A stretch of DNA of 33,422 bases from Candidatus Bipolaricaulota bacterium. GTDB taxonomy: Bacteria > Bipolaricaulota > Bipolaricaulia > UBA7950 > UBA9294. This document shows, piece after piece, positions 25,042-33,422 of the stretch. The stretch covers positions 1 to 33,422 of the forward strand of contig JBFMGK010000007.1 in NCBI GenBank assembly GCA_040752575.1, read 5' to 3'. The notes under the pieces are model-generated. The model did not search any database. It had not been told where the DNA came from and saw only the letters and a list, made by a program, of their open reading frames with translations. The translations under genes were made by a program, and so were the position numbers. How positions within the stretch are numbered: the first letter of the stretch is position 1; the number at the start of each line of letters is the position of its first letter.

Positions 25042-26376
25042 TCAGCCCCCCGATCTACCAGACCTCGTGCTGAGTACAGCGAGTGCAGTTCCCCACACGA
25101 GCCAGAAAGGTTTGAGCGCCAGCACTGAGCTGGGACCCAGGACGGCCAAGAAGAGCCCGACGAGCGACAGAAGAACGGCGGTGGGTAGCGCTTCCTCACC
25201 GACCGTAGCGCGTCTCAGAAGACCCGCTGTACGCATGAGAATGCTACCGTAGAAGAGGCAGAATAGGAGCGCGATTGGAACGCCGTACACCACGAGCAGC
25301 TCGAGCCACCAGTTGTGCAAACTGAGAATGCCCTGCGTGGATTGAGCGGCCCTGTTCTCCATCCACCAGTCCGTCCCACCTACACCAGTTCCCAGGCCCT
25401 GGGTTCCTCGTACGGCCTGAACCCCATTCAGGACCAGCACCCAACGCACACCGATAGACTCGGTCTCCAGCTCGATCTGCTCGGCCATCACATCCATCTG
25501 GTGCCAGGAGTTGGTGAAACCCTGTGTCGACGCCGAGTCGATCAGCCCGGGGACGATGTTCGCGCAGAGGAAGGCACCCACGACGGCTGCCACCCGGAAG
25601 ATGCCGTGAGCGCGTCGCGCAGCCGGCAGTACCAGGACCAGCACGAGGGTTGCGACTTCCGCAACCGCTGCGAGCAGTGCCGCTCGTGAGCCTGTCAAGA
25701 TGATCAGATAGAACACGAGGCCGACGAGCACCCAAGACGGTACGAGCAGCAGTCTTCGCCTTGTGAACGCGAGTTTCGCCAGCGCGAAGGGGAGCCCAAG
25801 CGCCAAGAACATCGCAAAGTCATTCGGATTACGGTAAACACTGGTGGGTCGGTAGATCAACAACGGTCTCGTTGTCTGGTAGTACCCCGATACGGGTAGA
25901 TGCGCGCCCAGGGCATTCTCGCAAAGGCCGATGCCAGAGAGCACGACGAGAGCGCCAAGCCATAGCCAAGCGAGCCAACGCAGATGGCGCGAGGTCCGTA
26001 CGAAGAACGGAACGAGCAAAACGAACACGACCCCGACAGCTAGCTGTCCCAGATCGGCAAGTGCAGCGCTGCCGGCTGGAGTCCAGAGCAACGAGAGGGC
26101 GGCGTAGACCAGCCAGACTGCGAGGAACGCGACGTACCATCGGAGCGGTTTGAGGACCCGAAGCTCCACTCTGTATCTGGCGATCGTGATGCATGCCAGC
26201 AGTGCTTGGGGGACGAGGAGGATCCGGAAGGGGAACAACGTGATGGATCCTACTCGAAAGGGCAAGAGTGCAACGCCGAAGAAGGATGCTGCGACCAGAG
26301 CGAGAAATGAGCCTACAGCCCAACGGTTTTCTCGTGGGGTCGTTGCCAAGGCCCTTTCGTGCCCAATCATCGCCAT
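25042..26376 (-). CDS. O-antigen ligase/polymerase family protein (Wzy_C domain)
   Basis: Many TM helices, R..SVYRNPNDFA, LTGSRAALL, GLGTGVGG, HNWWLELLVVYG. Confidence 0.85.
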   Translation of the reverse strand: MAMIGHERALATTPRENRWAVGSFLALVAASFFGVALLPFRVGSITLFPFRILLVPQALLACITIARYRVELRVLKPLRWYVAFLAVWLVYAALSLLWTPAGSAALADLGQLAVGVVFVLLVPFFVRTSRHLRWLAWLWLGALVVLSGIGLCENALGAHLPVSGYYQTTRPLLIYRPTSVYRNPNDFAMFLALGLPFALAKLAFTRRRLLLVPSWVLVGLVFYLIILTGSRAALLAAVAEVATLVLVLVLPAARRAHGIFRVAAVVGAFLCANIVPGLIDSASTQGFTNSWHQMDVMAEQIELETESIGVRWVLVLNGVQAVRGTQGLGTGVGGTDWWMENRAAQSTQGILSLHNWWLELLVVYGVPIALLFCLFYGSILMRTAGLLRRATVGEEALPTAVLLSLVGLFLAVLGPSSVLALKPFWLVWGTALAVLSTRSGRSGG

Positions 26377-26456
26377 GCTCTCAGCTCCAAGTCACGCATG
26401 CCCCGACTTTCACCTGAACCATGCCCAGTGTAGGTAGGGTGCACCTCCGTACAGCT

Positions 26457-27689
26457 TCAAGGTGTTGTTGCCTGTGTTCCGGCTGGTGGCTGCCGCTCCT
26501 CTCTCCGCCGTGGGAGAGATCTCTCGAGGACTCTTGCGAGGTCTCTAGCGATGGTCCTCCGCAGGAACCGAGGGTCAGGATCCGCGCCGCTCCCCCGGGG
26601 TGGTGCTTTGAGGGCCGTGCGAATCGCCTCTGCGACTCTTCGCGCGTCACCATTCGCGAGGACTCTGCCTTGGGGAAGTGAGGACACAATGCTTCCGAGA
26701 TCACTGTCCTCCCGCGCAAGTGCTAGGATTGGCCTGCCTGCACCTATGTAGTCAAACACCTTTCCCGTCTGCTCGCCGGAGCTGCCGCCGCCTATGACCA
26801 CGAGAATGTCAGCCCCCTTGCAGTAAGAGAGGGTCTCCGCGTATGGGAGCGGGCCTGTTGACTTCACAGCATCTGCGAGTTGCAGCTCATCGACAACTGA
26901 CGTGAAAGCCGCTTCCTTGTCACCCAGATGCACCAGGCACACCTCCAGGCCTTCTGCGCGAAGCAGTCTGATCGCCTCCAGAAGAGGCCGCGGATTACGG
27001 AGGCCGAGCGATGTGGTGAACTTGCCCGCATACAGCAACGTCGGCACAGCCCACCGCACTGCTCCAGCCTGAGCGAAGTCGGCGGGGTCGTAGCCGTTGG
27101 GCACCACAGCGAACCGCTCTGGCGGAAGTTGCGGATACGCGGTGCGGTACGCTTCGCGTAGCGGCCTGGATACAACTACGATGCTTGCGGCGTGGAGCAC
27201 AGCATGTCGCTCAACCGCCTTTGCCAATGCCCGCCGCAGCCGCGCCCCGTGGTTCCGAGCGACCGGCCGCAACCCGCCAGTCACCCAAGGATCACGGAAA
27301 TCCAGGACGTAGGGGACCTTCCATAGACTGAGCAGTGGAGTCACTGCAAGTTGGAAGAAGGGGCCGCACGTTATGAGCACGACGTCTGGCCGCGCCTGCC
27401 GAACGCTACGCACGATGGCCGGCACCAGATACGGGAGCCACCGTGCGCCGTCTTCCCTGACGCGCCTCCAATGGAGAGCACGAGTTCTGTGTACATCAGC
27501 GCTGGCGGCATCGTCGCGACCTGACGTGCTATCTATCCAGCTTTCGGGATACTCGGCAATCGAGACCGTCAGCACCCGCACCTGCCAGCCAAATTCCGGT
27601 AGGAACTTCGCGAGCTTTGCCGCACGCCTTGCGCCGACCGCGCCATAGGGTGGGAATGCGTACGCGACCAGCAGCAACGACTTCGTCAT
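26457..27689 (-). CDS. Glycosyltransferase family 4
   Basis: AYAFPPYGAVGARR..KLAKFLPEFGW, DFRDPW, VPNGYD, TGKVFDYIGAGRPILAL. Confidence 0.9.
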   Translation of the reverse strand: MTKSLLLVAYAFPPYGAVGARRAAKLAKFLPEFGWQVRVLTVSIAEYPESWIDSTSGRDDAASADVHRTRALHWRRVREDGARWLPYLVPAIVRSVRQARPDVVLITCGPFFQLAVTPLLSLWKVPYVLDFRDPWVTGGLRPVARNHGARLRRALAKAVERHAVLHAASIVVVSRPLREAYRTAYPQLPPERFAVVPNGYDPADFAQAGAVRWAVPTLLYAGKFTTSLGLRNPRPLLEAIRLLRAEGLEVCLVHLGDKEAAFTSVVDELQLADAVKSTGPLPYAETLSYCKGADILVVIGGGSSGEQTGKVFDYIGAGRPILALAREDSDLGSIVSSLPQGRVLANGDARRVAEAIRTALKAPPRGSGADPDPRFLRRTIARDLARVLERSLPRRREERQPPAGTQATTP

Positions 27690-27782
27690 ATCCTGCTCAT
27701 CCCCGACACTCCCCCCGGCCTATTTCGCATTCTCCACTTCGGTTTCGCGGGAACTGCGCCATGTCGGCAGGTCGCTGCAAGG

Positions 27783-28895
27783 CTACCGCGGCGCTTCGCC
27801 AACCAACCATCGTAGCGCTGGCAGTCGGGAGAGGAAAGCATGCGCAACAGCGGCTATGCCAACGACCGCCAGGACCGTCAGTGGGATGCCAAGCAGGGGG
27901 TGCACAAACCACCCACTGAGAGCGAAGCCGAGGCAACCAGCCATCAGACACTCAAGCAGCAGGTAGTTCAGGAAGTAGATCGTAAGGGCAGCCGAACCGA
28001 CGAACCCGACTGCCCTCTCCGCAACGGGAAAGCGCGCGTAAGCGGTTCCGAACGGAAGCGACTTGAGAATTAGGAAGACGAGAATCGACATGAGCACGAC
28101 GGCGGGCCCAAGATAGGAGTAGAGCGTCGTATCCAGCGACTCGGGCGTGCTGAGGAGTGCCGTTCCACTGGCGACGATCCCCGTCAAGAGCACGACACCG
28201 CCCGCCGCTGTCCACGTGGCTCGGCGCCCAAGCTTCACGTCACGAAAGAGATGTCCCAGCAGGTAGTAGCCAACGTAGTCCAGCGCTACGACGGACTGCA
28301 CCGCCACTTCGATACCGCTGAAGCGAGAGAACAGAGCCGAAAGGGGCACTAGGACGAACCAGACTGCAATAAGATAGAGAAGGTTCTTGCGCGACGCATG
28401 TCGTACATAGACGCGCAGGACAGGCGTTGCGAGATAGAGCCCGAGGAGAACATACATGAAGGCGAACCCGGAGTACGTACGGCCGTCGATCAGTCGAGCG
28501 ACTCCGCTCTTCCACGTGATGGTCTGCCCATGGAAGAAGACACGCCAAAGCATGTAAACAACGCTCCAGAAGATGAGGGGCAGGCCTACGCGACGCGCAC
28601 GCTTCCACAGGAACACCCGGACAGGTTCTCTCTTCGCGGGATCCAGTAGTAGCATCCCGCTCAGCATGAAAAACAGCGGCACGGCCGGACGCGCGAACGC
28701 GTCAGCTAAGTTGGCGACCCACCACCACGAAGCGGGCATGGAGCCAAGGCGTGTAACTAGGTAGGCGGCCACATGGATTGTGACAACCATGACACCTGCA
28801 TAGGCGCGGATGGCATCTGCGGGCTTCAACCACGCCTCAGATCCGCTGCTTTGACACCGTTTCCGATGAACCCTGCCGTCCTGGATGCCGCGCAT
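27783..28895 (-). CDS. Membrane acyltransferase 3 (WecH/OafA-like O-acetyltransferase)
   Basis: DAIRA..VV.IH, RPAVPLFFMLSG.LLL, KRARRVGLP, GYYLLG; multi-TM. Exact start uncertain. Confidence 0.85.
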   Translation of the reverse strand: MRGIQDGRVHRKRCQSSGSEAWLKPADAIRAYAGVMVVTIHVAAYLVTRLGSMPASWWWVANLADAFARPAVPLFFMLSGMLLLDPAKREPVRVFLWKRARRVGLPLIFWSVVYMLWRVFFHGQTITWKSGVARLIDGRTYSGFAFMYVLLGLYLATPVLRVYVRHASRKNLLYLIAVWFVLVPLSALFSRFSGIEVAVQSVVALDYVGYYLLGHLFRDVKLGRRATWTAAGGVVLLTGIVASGTALLSTPESLDTTLYSYLGPAVVLMSILVFLILKSLPFGTAYARFPVAERAVGFVGSAALTIYFLNYLLLECLMAGCLGFALSGWFVHPLLGIPLTVLAVVGIAAVAHAFLSRLPALRWLVGEAPR

Positions 28896-28905
28896 GCAGT
28901 TTCCC

Positions 28906-30279
28906 CTATCCCCTTCGCTGCAGCCGTGTGCCGAAGTAAGTCACAGCCGTGCGATACAAGGCTACGTCTGCGCTGCTGAACTGGAACAGAAAGAGGGGCG
29001 ACGTGCCCGTAAGCCGGCCCACGGCAAGCACTCTAAACAGGAGAACTGAGATGTATGCCAAGCTGGAAGCGAGTGCCGCTCCGCTCGCCCCCCACAAGGG
29101 TATCCAGAGGAGGTTGAACGCGACGTTGATGGCGAGCGCGATTCCGCTGCTGACCGTGTTCACCAACGGATGCCCGCGCCCCAGGATCTCGTTTCCGAGC
29201 ACTCGCGCACCGGCAAGAGCGACGATGCCAGGCAGAAGGTACTGCAGCGGCTGAATGGTGTCGGCGAAATCAGACCCGTAGAGTGTCAGCACAAGTGACC
29301 TGGCCAGGTACCAGAGGAGAACACCGGCGAGTGCCGTGACTGTGAGCACGGCTCTGAAGAGCACGGGCGTCAGGCTTTCACGCAGGGGCAGACGGCCGTC
29401 CGCCGCTGCGCGGGGCAAGAGCACAACGCCAACAGCTTGAGAGAGCATGGCGAGTTTCTCAACGATGCTGACCGCCACGGCGTAGTAACCGACGGCGGCG
29501 GCGCCGGCCATCCCGTTCAGGAGAAGCATGTCCACACGCAAATAGAGGAAGGTCATGATCCCGCCGAGATGAGAGCGTGCGCCAAAACTTAGACTAGCTC
29601 TGATATATGCGCGAGACGGATGCCACACCCAACCCTTGGTCTCCTTCAACACGAACCCCAGGACGACGGCGTCCGTCAGCACGAGAACTAGGAGCGTCAG
29701 CCAAATGACGGGTTCGGGTGTGGCTGGGAGCCAGGCAAACACTGCCAGAAGTGCTCCGATGAACAACAGCGGGCGCAGCAACTGAACCGCGTTGTACCGG
29801 ACGAACTCCTCAAGGCCCTGCAGAATGCTCTCGGTATAGGCAAGGACAAGCTCAAGCGGTATGAGCAGCAGGCCGACCGCTAGCAGTCTGAAAGGAACTC
29901 CTGGGACCACGGCGTCGCGGAAGAAGGCGACGACAAGAGCTGCACCGACACCCCCACCAGCGCCGAGCAGCAGCGCAAGCAGCATGTTGCTCGACAGGAC
30001 CTGCCCCACGGTGTGCGTTCGCTTGGCTACGTGGTATGTGGTGGAGGTCGCGACGCCGAGCTGCGCGAACGTCACAGCCATTGTGGGGATCAGGAGCGCC
30101 AGCGTGTAGATTCCCCTGCCTTCCGGGCCCAGCCCGCGCGCCAGAATCGCAGACGACGCGATGCCTAGTAGAAGGAGGATGAACCGCGCGAGAAGCGTCA
30201 TGCCAGTATTGCGGAACAGCAGTCGCTGCCTCTGCTCCAGGCCGTCCTTGACGGCCTGTGCCGCCGAAGGCTCACCCAT
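28906..30279 (-). CDS. wzx: Polysaccharide flippase
   Basis: ILARGLGPEGRGIY, RVDMLLL, VGYYAVA, LWIPLWGASGAALASS; many TM helices. ATG 30279 overlaps the upstream stop. Confidence 0.88.
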   Translation of the reverse strand: MGEPSAAQAVKDGLEQRQRLLFRNTGMTLLARFILLLLGIASSAILARGLGPEGRGIYTLALLIPTMAVTFAQLGVATSTTYHVAKRTHTVGQVLSSNMLLALLLGAGGGVGAALVVAFFRDAVVPGVPFRLLAVGLLLIPLELVLAYTESILQGLEEFVRYNAVQLLRPLLFIGALLAVFAWLPATPEPVIWLTLLVLVLTDAVVLGFVLKETKGWVWHPSRAYIRASLSFGARSHLGGIMTFLYLRVDMLLLNGMAGAAAVGYYAVAVSIVEKLAMLSQAVGVVLLPRAAADGRLPLRESLTPVLFRAVLTVTALAGVLLWYLARSLVLTLYGSDFADTIQPLQYLLPGIVALAGARVLGNEILGRGHPLVNTVSSGIALAINVAFNLLWIPLWGASGAALASSLAYISVLLFRVLAVGRLTGTSPLFLFQFSSADVALYRTAVTYFGTRLQRRG

Positions 30280-32869
30280 GGTGTTCAAGCAGGCTCCTGA
30301 CCAGCGCGCCGCCCGCCATGATCTGCTCCCGAAGAGCGGGGAGAGCCAGGCGGAGTGCTTCTGAACGCTCTGCGCGAGTCTGCCACATGGTGAAGAACTG
30401 GCCGCACAGCGCGTCGGCCGACAGCGTCCGCACGTCCGCAACAAGGGCAGCCTGACCAACGATGTCCATGGCCGATTCGTACTTCGCATGCCAGCCAATC
30501 GCAAGGACAGGAATCGCCATGGAGAGGGCCGCAACAATCGTGTGGTAACGCGATGCGACGACAACCGAGCAGGTTCCGATGACGCCTTTGAGCTCGGAGG
30601 CCGACAAGCTCTCCGCAGGCGCCATCACGGCGGCACCCTTGTGCTGCATCTGGGCCATGACTTCCCGACACGTTGCACGGTCGTCTTCTTCAGTCTTCGG
30701 AGAGGTCTCGTTGGGGATGAACACCAACTTGGCGCCGATCCGGGTGACAATCTCATCCGCAAGGACCGCTACTGCCCTGCAGTACCCTGCCGCGATTGGG
30801 GCTTGCCTAGCTGCCATGTGGCTCACAGACACACCGATGATGGGTCTGCCCGCGGCGGCCAGCGTCAGGTGCTCGGCGAACGTGCTAGGCGCTGTGTCAA
30901 GCAGAAAGGCAGTGTCAGGCAACACGTGCACCGGCGTGCGCACGCCGAGTTCCTTGATCCGCGAAGCGGTTGTCGCACTCCGTGCGAGAATGAGATCTAC
31001 TGACCGGTTCAGGTAGAGCCGGGAGAAGAACCTGTTCCATCGCCGGTCAAAGGGACCAAGATCGGCCGTGTACTTCACGACAGGGATGCGCATGACGCGA
31101 GCAGCTAGGAAGCGGAAGCCCTGAGTCGCTCTCGCGCGGAAGGCGTCACTCCCCAACTGGTCGCTGAAGCCGATGCCCCAGATGTCCACAACAGCGTCTG
31201 CCTGCGCGTACGCATCGAGCAGCCGGGCCATCTGCGCTGAGCGCGGCCGCATGTGGAGCGAACGTCTGAGCAGAGCGGCTGCCAATAGCTTCTTGCCGGG
31301 AGCGTTCGGAACGAAACCCAACCCGACCGCCTGCGCCAGCAGCGCATCTTGAGGATCAGCACTCGAGAATTGGATGGCGACGTCCGGAAAGGTTGCCCGC
31401 AAGACGCGCACGGTAGAGAAGAGAAGTGACGGGCCACCCAGGTTATTGCGGAGTGGTGCGCCTACCAGGAGAAGGCGGGGGCTGTTGGCTGGAAGGGATG
31501 CCGCAGCCGTCCGGGGCTGCTGTGGCGCCGCCGCCTTCCGATGGCGTCGGACTCCGCGAAGAACGGCTGAAAGACATGTTCGGAAAAGATAGTGCGTGAG
31601 GGCCACCACTTTCACTGCAGGCCAAGCCGCGCGCCACTGCGTGCAGTACGAGGGGATGTATCGAAGTGCCCCGAGCAGTCGTCGCCATCCATAGGGCATC
31701 GGGCGCTCACCGTACTTTGGAATGGCGCGGCGAAGCCATCGACGTAGTGCAATCCTTGCCCCAACTGCATTCTTGAAGGAGTAGTTCTGGGCACGCGCAG
31801 CGGCTCTTTCGGCCATGGGAGAGATCTCCACGACGCCACCAGAGGTTGCACTCTCCAGGGCCTCGCGGCCGGCCGAACTGCGTACAATGACAAACGAAAG
31901 CCCCTCTTTCTCTGTTGCTTTGATCTCCCGCAACCATGGATCACCTGCCGCTATGTCGGCTAGCTCAGCCGTTTGATCTGGGCAAACGAGACAGCGAGGA
32001 ATCTGAAAGTCGTAGTGGAACGCGGATGCGAAGAGCGCCTTTCGCGCCCAGTGCCTCTCCGTGGTGGCACGGGGGAAGGACACCCGTTGACCGTTTCTCA
32101 ACGCTACGGCTATCTTCCCGGGCCAGCCTCCATCCCTGTAACGGATATCTGCGACCTGGGAAGGATTCACGCCTCTGCTCCGCAGGAAGTACTCCGTGCC
32201 CAGACTAGTGTTGTTGTTTGCGCAGAAGAGTCCTATGCAGAGCACGATTCTCTGCTGCAACGCCTTCTCCACGAGCATGAGCTTCCGAAGACCCTGAATC
32301 TGACACGGGAGGCCTACGAACGCGTAGCGCTCGTAGGCGGGTCCTTCTCTGAGCCATTGCAGGCCCTCGCACGTCGACGTCGGGCAGTACTTTGAGCCAG
32401 CCGCTCTGAACATGTCTGTATGGCTTCGGGCAAACAGTGGCTCAGTGCGCAAAGGGTCCGTACTGGACATCTGGACGGTGAGTGCACCGTGAATCACGCC
32501 GCTGTCCAGAAGGTGGCAAACTAGGGCGCTCACAACGCCGCCCGATGCACTGTGTCGCCGGATGATGCCATCCGTCGCGTACGCGGTGTAGCAGGCCTCG
32601 TATGTCCCGAGGTTGGTGTGAGTGCTGCCCCCATTGATGAAATGTCTCGTCAGGGTGGCAAGATCGACCTCGTGCCCAGGGCACACGGACACGCATCGTC
32701 CGCACGCAGTGCAGAGCCGCTGATCTACCTGCGGCATGAGCAGCCCCCGGCCCGTGTGATGGACCATCCTAATGGCCTCCTGTGGGCACGCGGCAACACA
32801 GGTCCCACACCCCATGCACAGGCCCATCGCGAAGATCTCCGCCACGTTCTTGAGTTGTCTGTCAGGCAT
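30272..32869 (-). CDS. Fusion of 4Fe-4S/coenzyme F420 hydrogenase beta-subunit-like (FrhB) domain and polysaccharide pyruvyltransferase (WcaK-like) domain
   Basis: CMGCGTCVAACP, CTACGRCVSVCP, SASGG, GSKY, VGLPCQ, ADIAAGDPW, then NNLGG, PDTAF, SRYHTIVAALS and WHAKY. One uninterrupted ORF. ATG 32869 has RBS GAGGGT; alternative start 32893. Confidence 0.85.
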   Translation of the reverse strand: MPDRQLKNVAEIFAMGLCMGCGTCVAACPQEAIRMVHHTGRGLLMPQVDQRLCTACGRCVSVCPGHEVDLATLTRHFINGGSTHTNLGTYEACYTAYATDGIIRRHSASGGVVSALVCHLLDSGVIHGALTVQMSSTDPLRTEPLFARSHTDMFRAAGSKYCPTSTCEGLQWLREGPAYERYAFVGLPCQIQGLRKLMLVEKALQQRIVLCIGLFCANNNTSLGTEYFLRSRGVNPSQVADIRYRDGGWPGKIAVALRNGQRVSFPRATTERHWARKALFASAFHYDFQIPRCLVCPDQTAELADIAAGDPWLREIKATEKEGLSFVIVRSSAGREALESATSGGVVEISPMAERAAARAQNYSFKNAVGARIALRRWLRRAIPKYGERPMPYGWRRLLGALRYIPSYCTQWRAAWPAVKVVALTHYLFRTCLSAVLRGVRRHRKAAAPQQPRTAAASLPANSPRLLLVGAPLRNNLGGPSLLFSTVRVLRATFPDVAIQFSSADPQDALLAQAVGLGFVPNAPGKKLLAAALLRRSLHMRPRSAQMARLLDAYAQADAVVDIWGIGFSDQLGSDAFRARATQGFRFLAARVMRIPVVKYTADLGPFDRRWNRFFSRLYLNRSVDLILARSATTASRIKELGVRTPVHVLPDTAFLLDTAPSTFAEHLTLAAAGRPIIGVSVSHMAARQAPIAAGYCRAVAVLADEIVTRIGAKLVFIPNETSPKTEEDDRATCREVMAQMQHKGAAVMAPAESLSASELKGVIGTCSVVVASRYHTIVAALSMAIPVLAIGWHAKYESAMDIVGQAALVADVRTLSADALCGQFFTMWQTRAERSEALRLALPALREQIMAGGALVRSLLEHHG

Positions 32870-32937
32870 GCGAGTCACCCTCAGGTGCACCATGGTATCC
32901 GAACACGCGCGGCGGATGGTCCTCAGAACCTAAGCTT

Positions 32938-33422
32938 TCACCTAGAGATGAAGAGCGTGTGCGTCCCTAGATCCAATACGCTGCCAGAACCGTAACGGGC
33001 GAAGAGCCGAACGAGGTAAGCGCCATTGGCGACGAGGCGACCAGCCATGTCTTCACCTAGCCAAGTGGCGGCGGCGCCAATGTGCCAGACTGACTCGTGC
33101 ACAAGCCGCCCCGAGAGGTCGTAGATTGCGAACTGTAAGGCTTCGACATCCGCGCTGTTGACAACAAGCGTCACGGATTCGCCGGTCATTGGGTTGGGGA
33201 GGAGTGACACAGCCCCTCCTGCTGATGCCGCTCCAGCGCCAAGCGTGTCGTTGAGTGCCGTACGAAGCAGAGCGTAATCACCGGGTTCGAGAGCGCGGTT
33301 GTGGATGCGGACTTCGTCGATGGAGCCGTACCAGTCCTGGCTTGAGACGCCGTTGTGGCGCGCGATGTAGAGATCCTGGGGTGGCGTGACAGCGCCCGTC
33401 ACGACGCCCGTGGCCGACTGTT
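32938..33422 (-). CDS. Partial (5' end outside window) LamG-domain protein with T9SS/FlgD-Ig-like C-terminal domain
   Basis: WYGSIDEVRIHNRAL (end of LamG), then LPNP...IYDLSGRLV...W.GED.AGRLVANGAYLVRL. The frame is open to the window edge. Confidence 0.75.
   Translation of the reverse strand, partial: QSATGVVTGAVTPPQDLYIARHNGVSSQDWYGSIDEVRIHNRALEPGDYALLRTALNDTLGAGAASAGGAVSLLPNPMTGESVTLVVNSADVEALQFAIYDLSGRLVHESVWHIGAAATWLGEDMAGRLVANGAYLVRLFARYGSGSVLDLGTHTLFISR

Noticed and set aside
30272..32869. True F420-reducing hydrogenase (methanogen-type energy metabolism)
   Set aside because: No other hydrogenase subunits are present. The domain is fused to a glycan-modifying domain inside a polysaccharide cluster.

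Overview
High-GC bacterial window with four parts. (1) 289-4613, minus strand: an apparently coupled operon of a secreted FG-GAP/VCBS beta-propeller protein, two RimJ/RimL-type GNAT acetyltransferases and peptidase T. (2) 4721-8377, plus strand: a three-gene unit of a degenerate ECF-sigma-like ORF, a zf-HC2/TM/LysM anti-sigma-like protein and a secreted caspase-family (C14) protease with LamG and internalin-type LRR domains. This is the best candidate for an undescribed signalling system. (3) 8367-32869, mostly minus strand: a surface-glycan cluster with an FrhB-like/pyruvyltransferase fusion, Wzx, an acyltransferase, four GT4s, a Wzy/ligase plus a truncated second polymerase, an inverted HisH-HisF-amidotransferase cassette, WecB, a PglC/D/E/F-like set and a terminal Sfp-type PPTase. 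(4) Three type II/VII toxin-antitoxin modules interrupt the glycan cluster. Two of them sit between mosaic blocks of GTAG-type REP hairpins and 7/9-bp microrepeats, and a 70-bp direct repeat brackets the MNT-HEPN pair. The window ends inside a LamG protein with a T9SS/FlgD-like C-terminal domain. All calls come from reading motifs by eye; no database searches were run. Starts were adjusted from the ORF track using RBS and stop/start overlaps.
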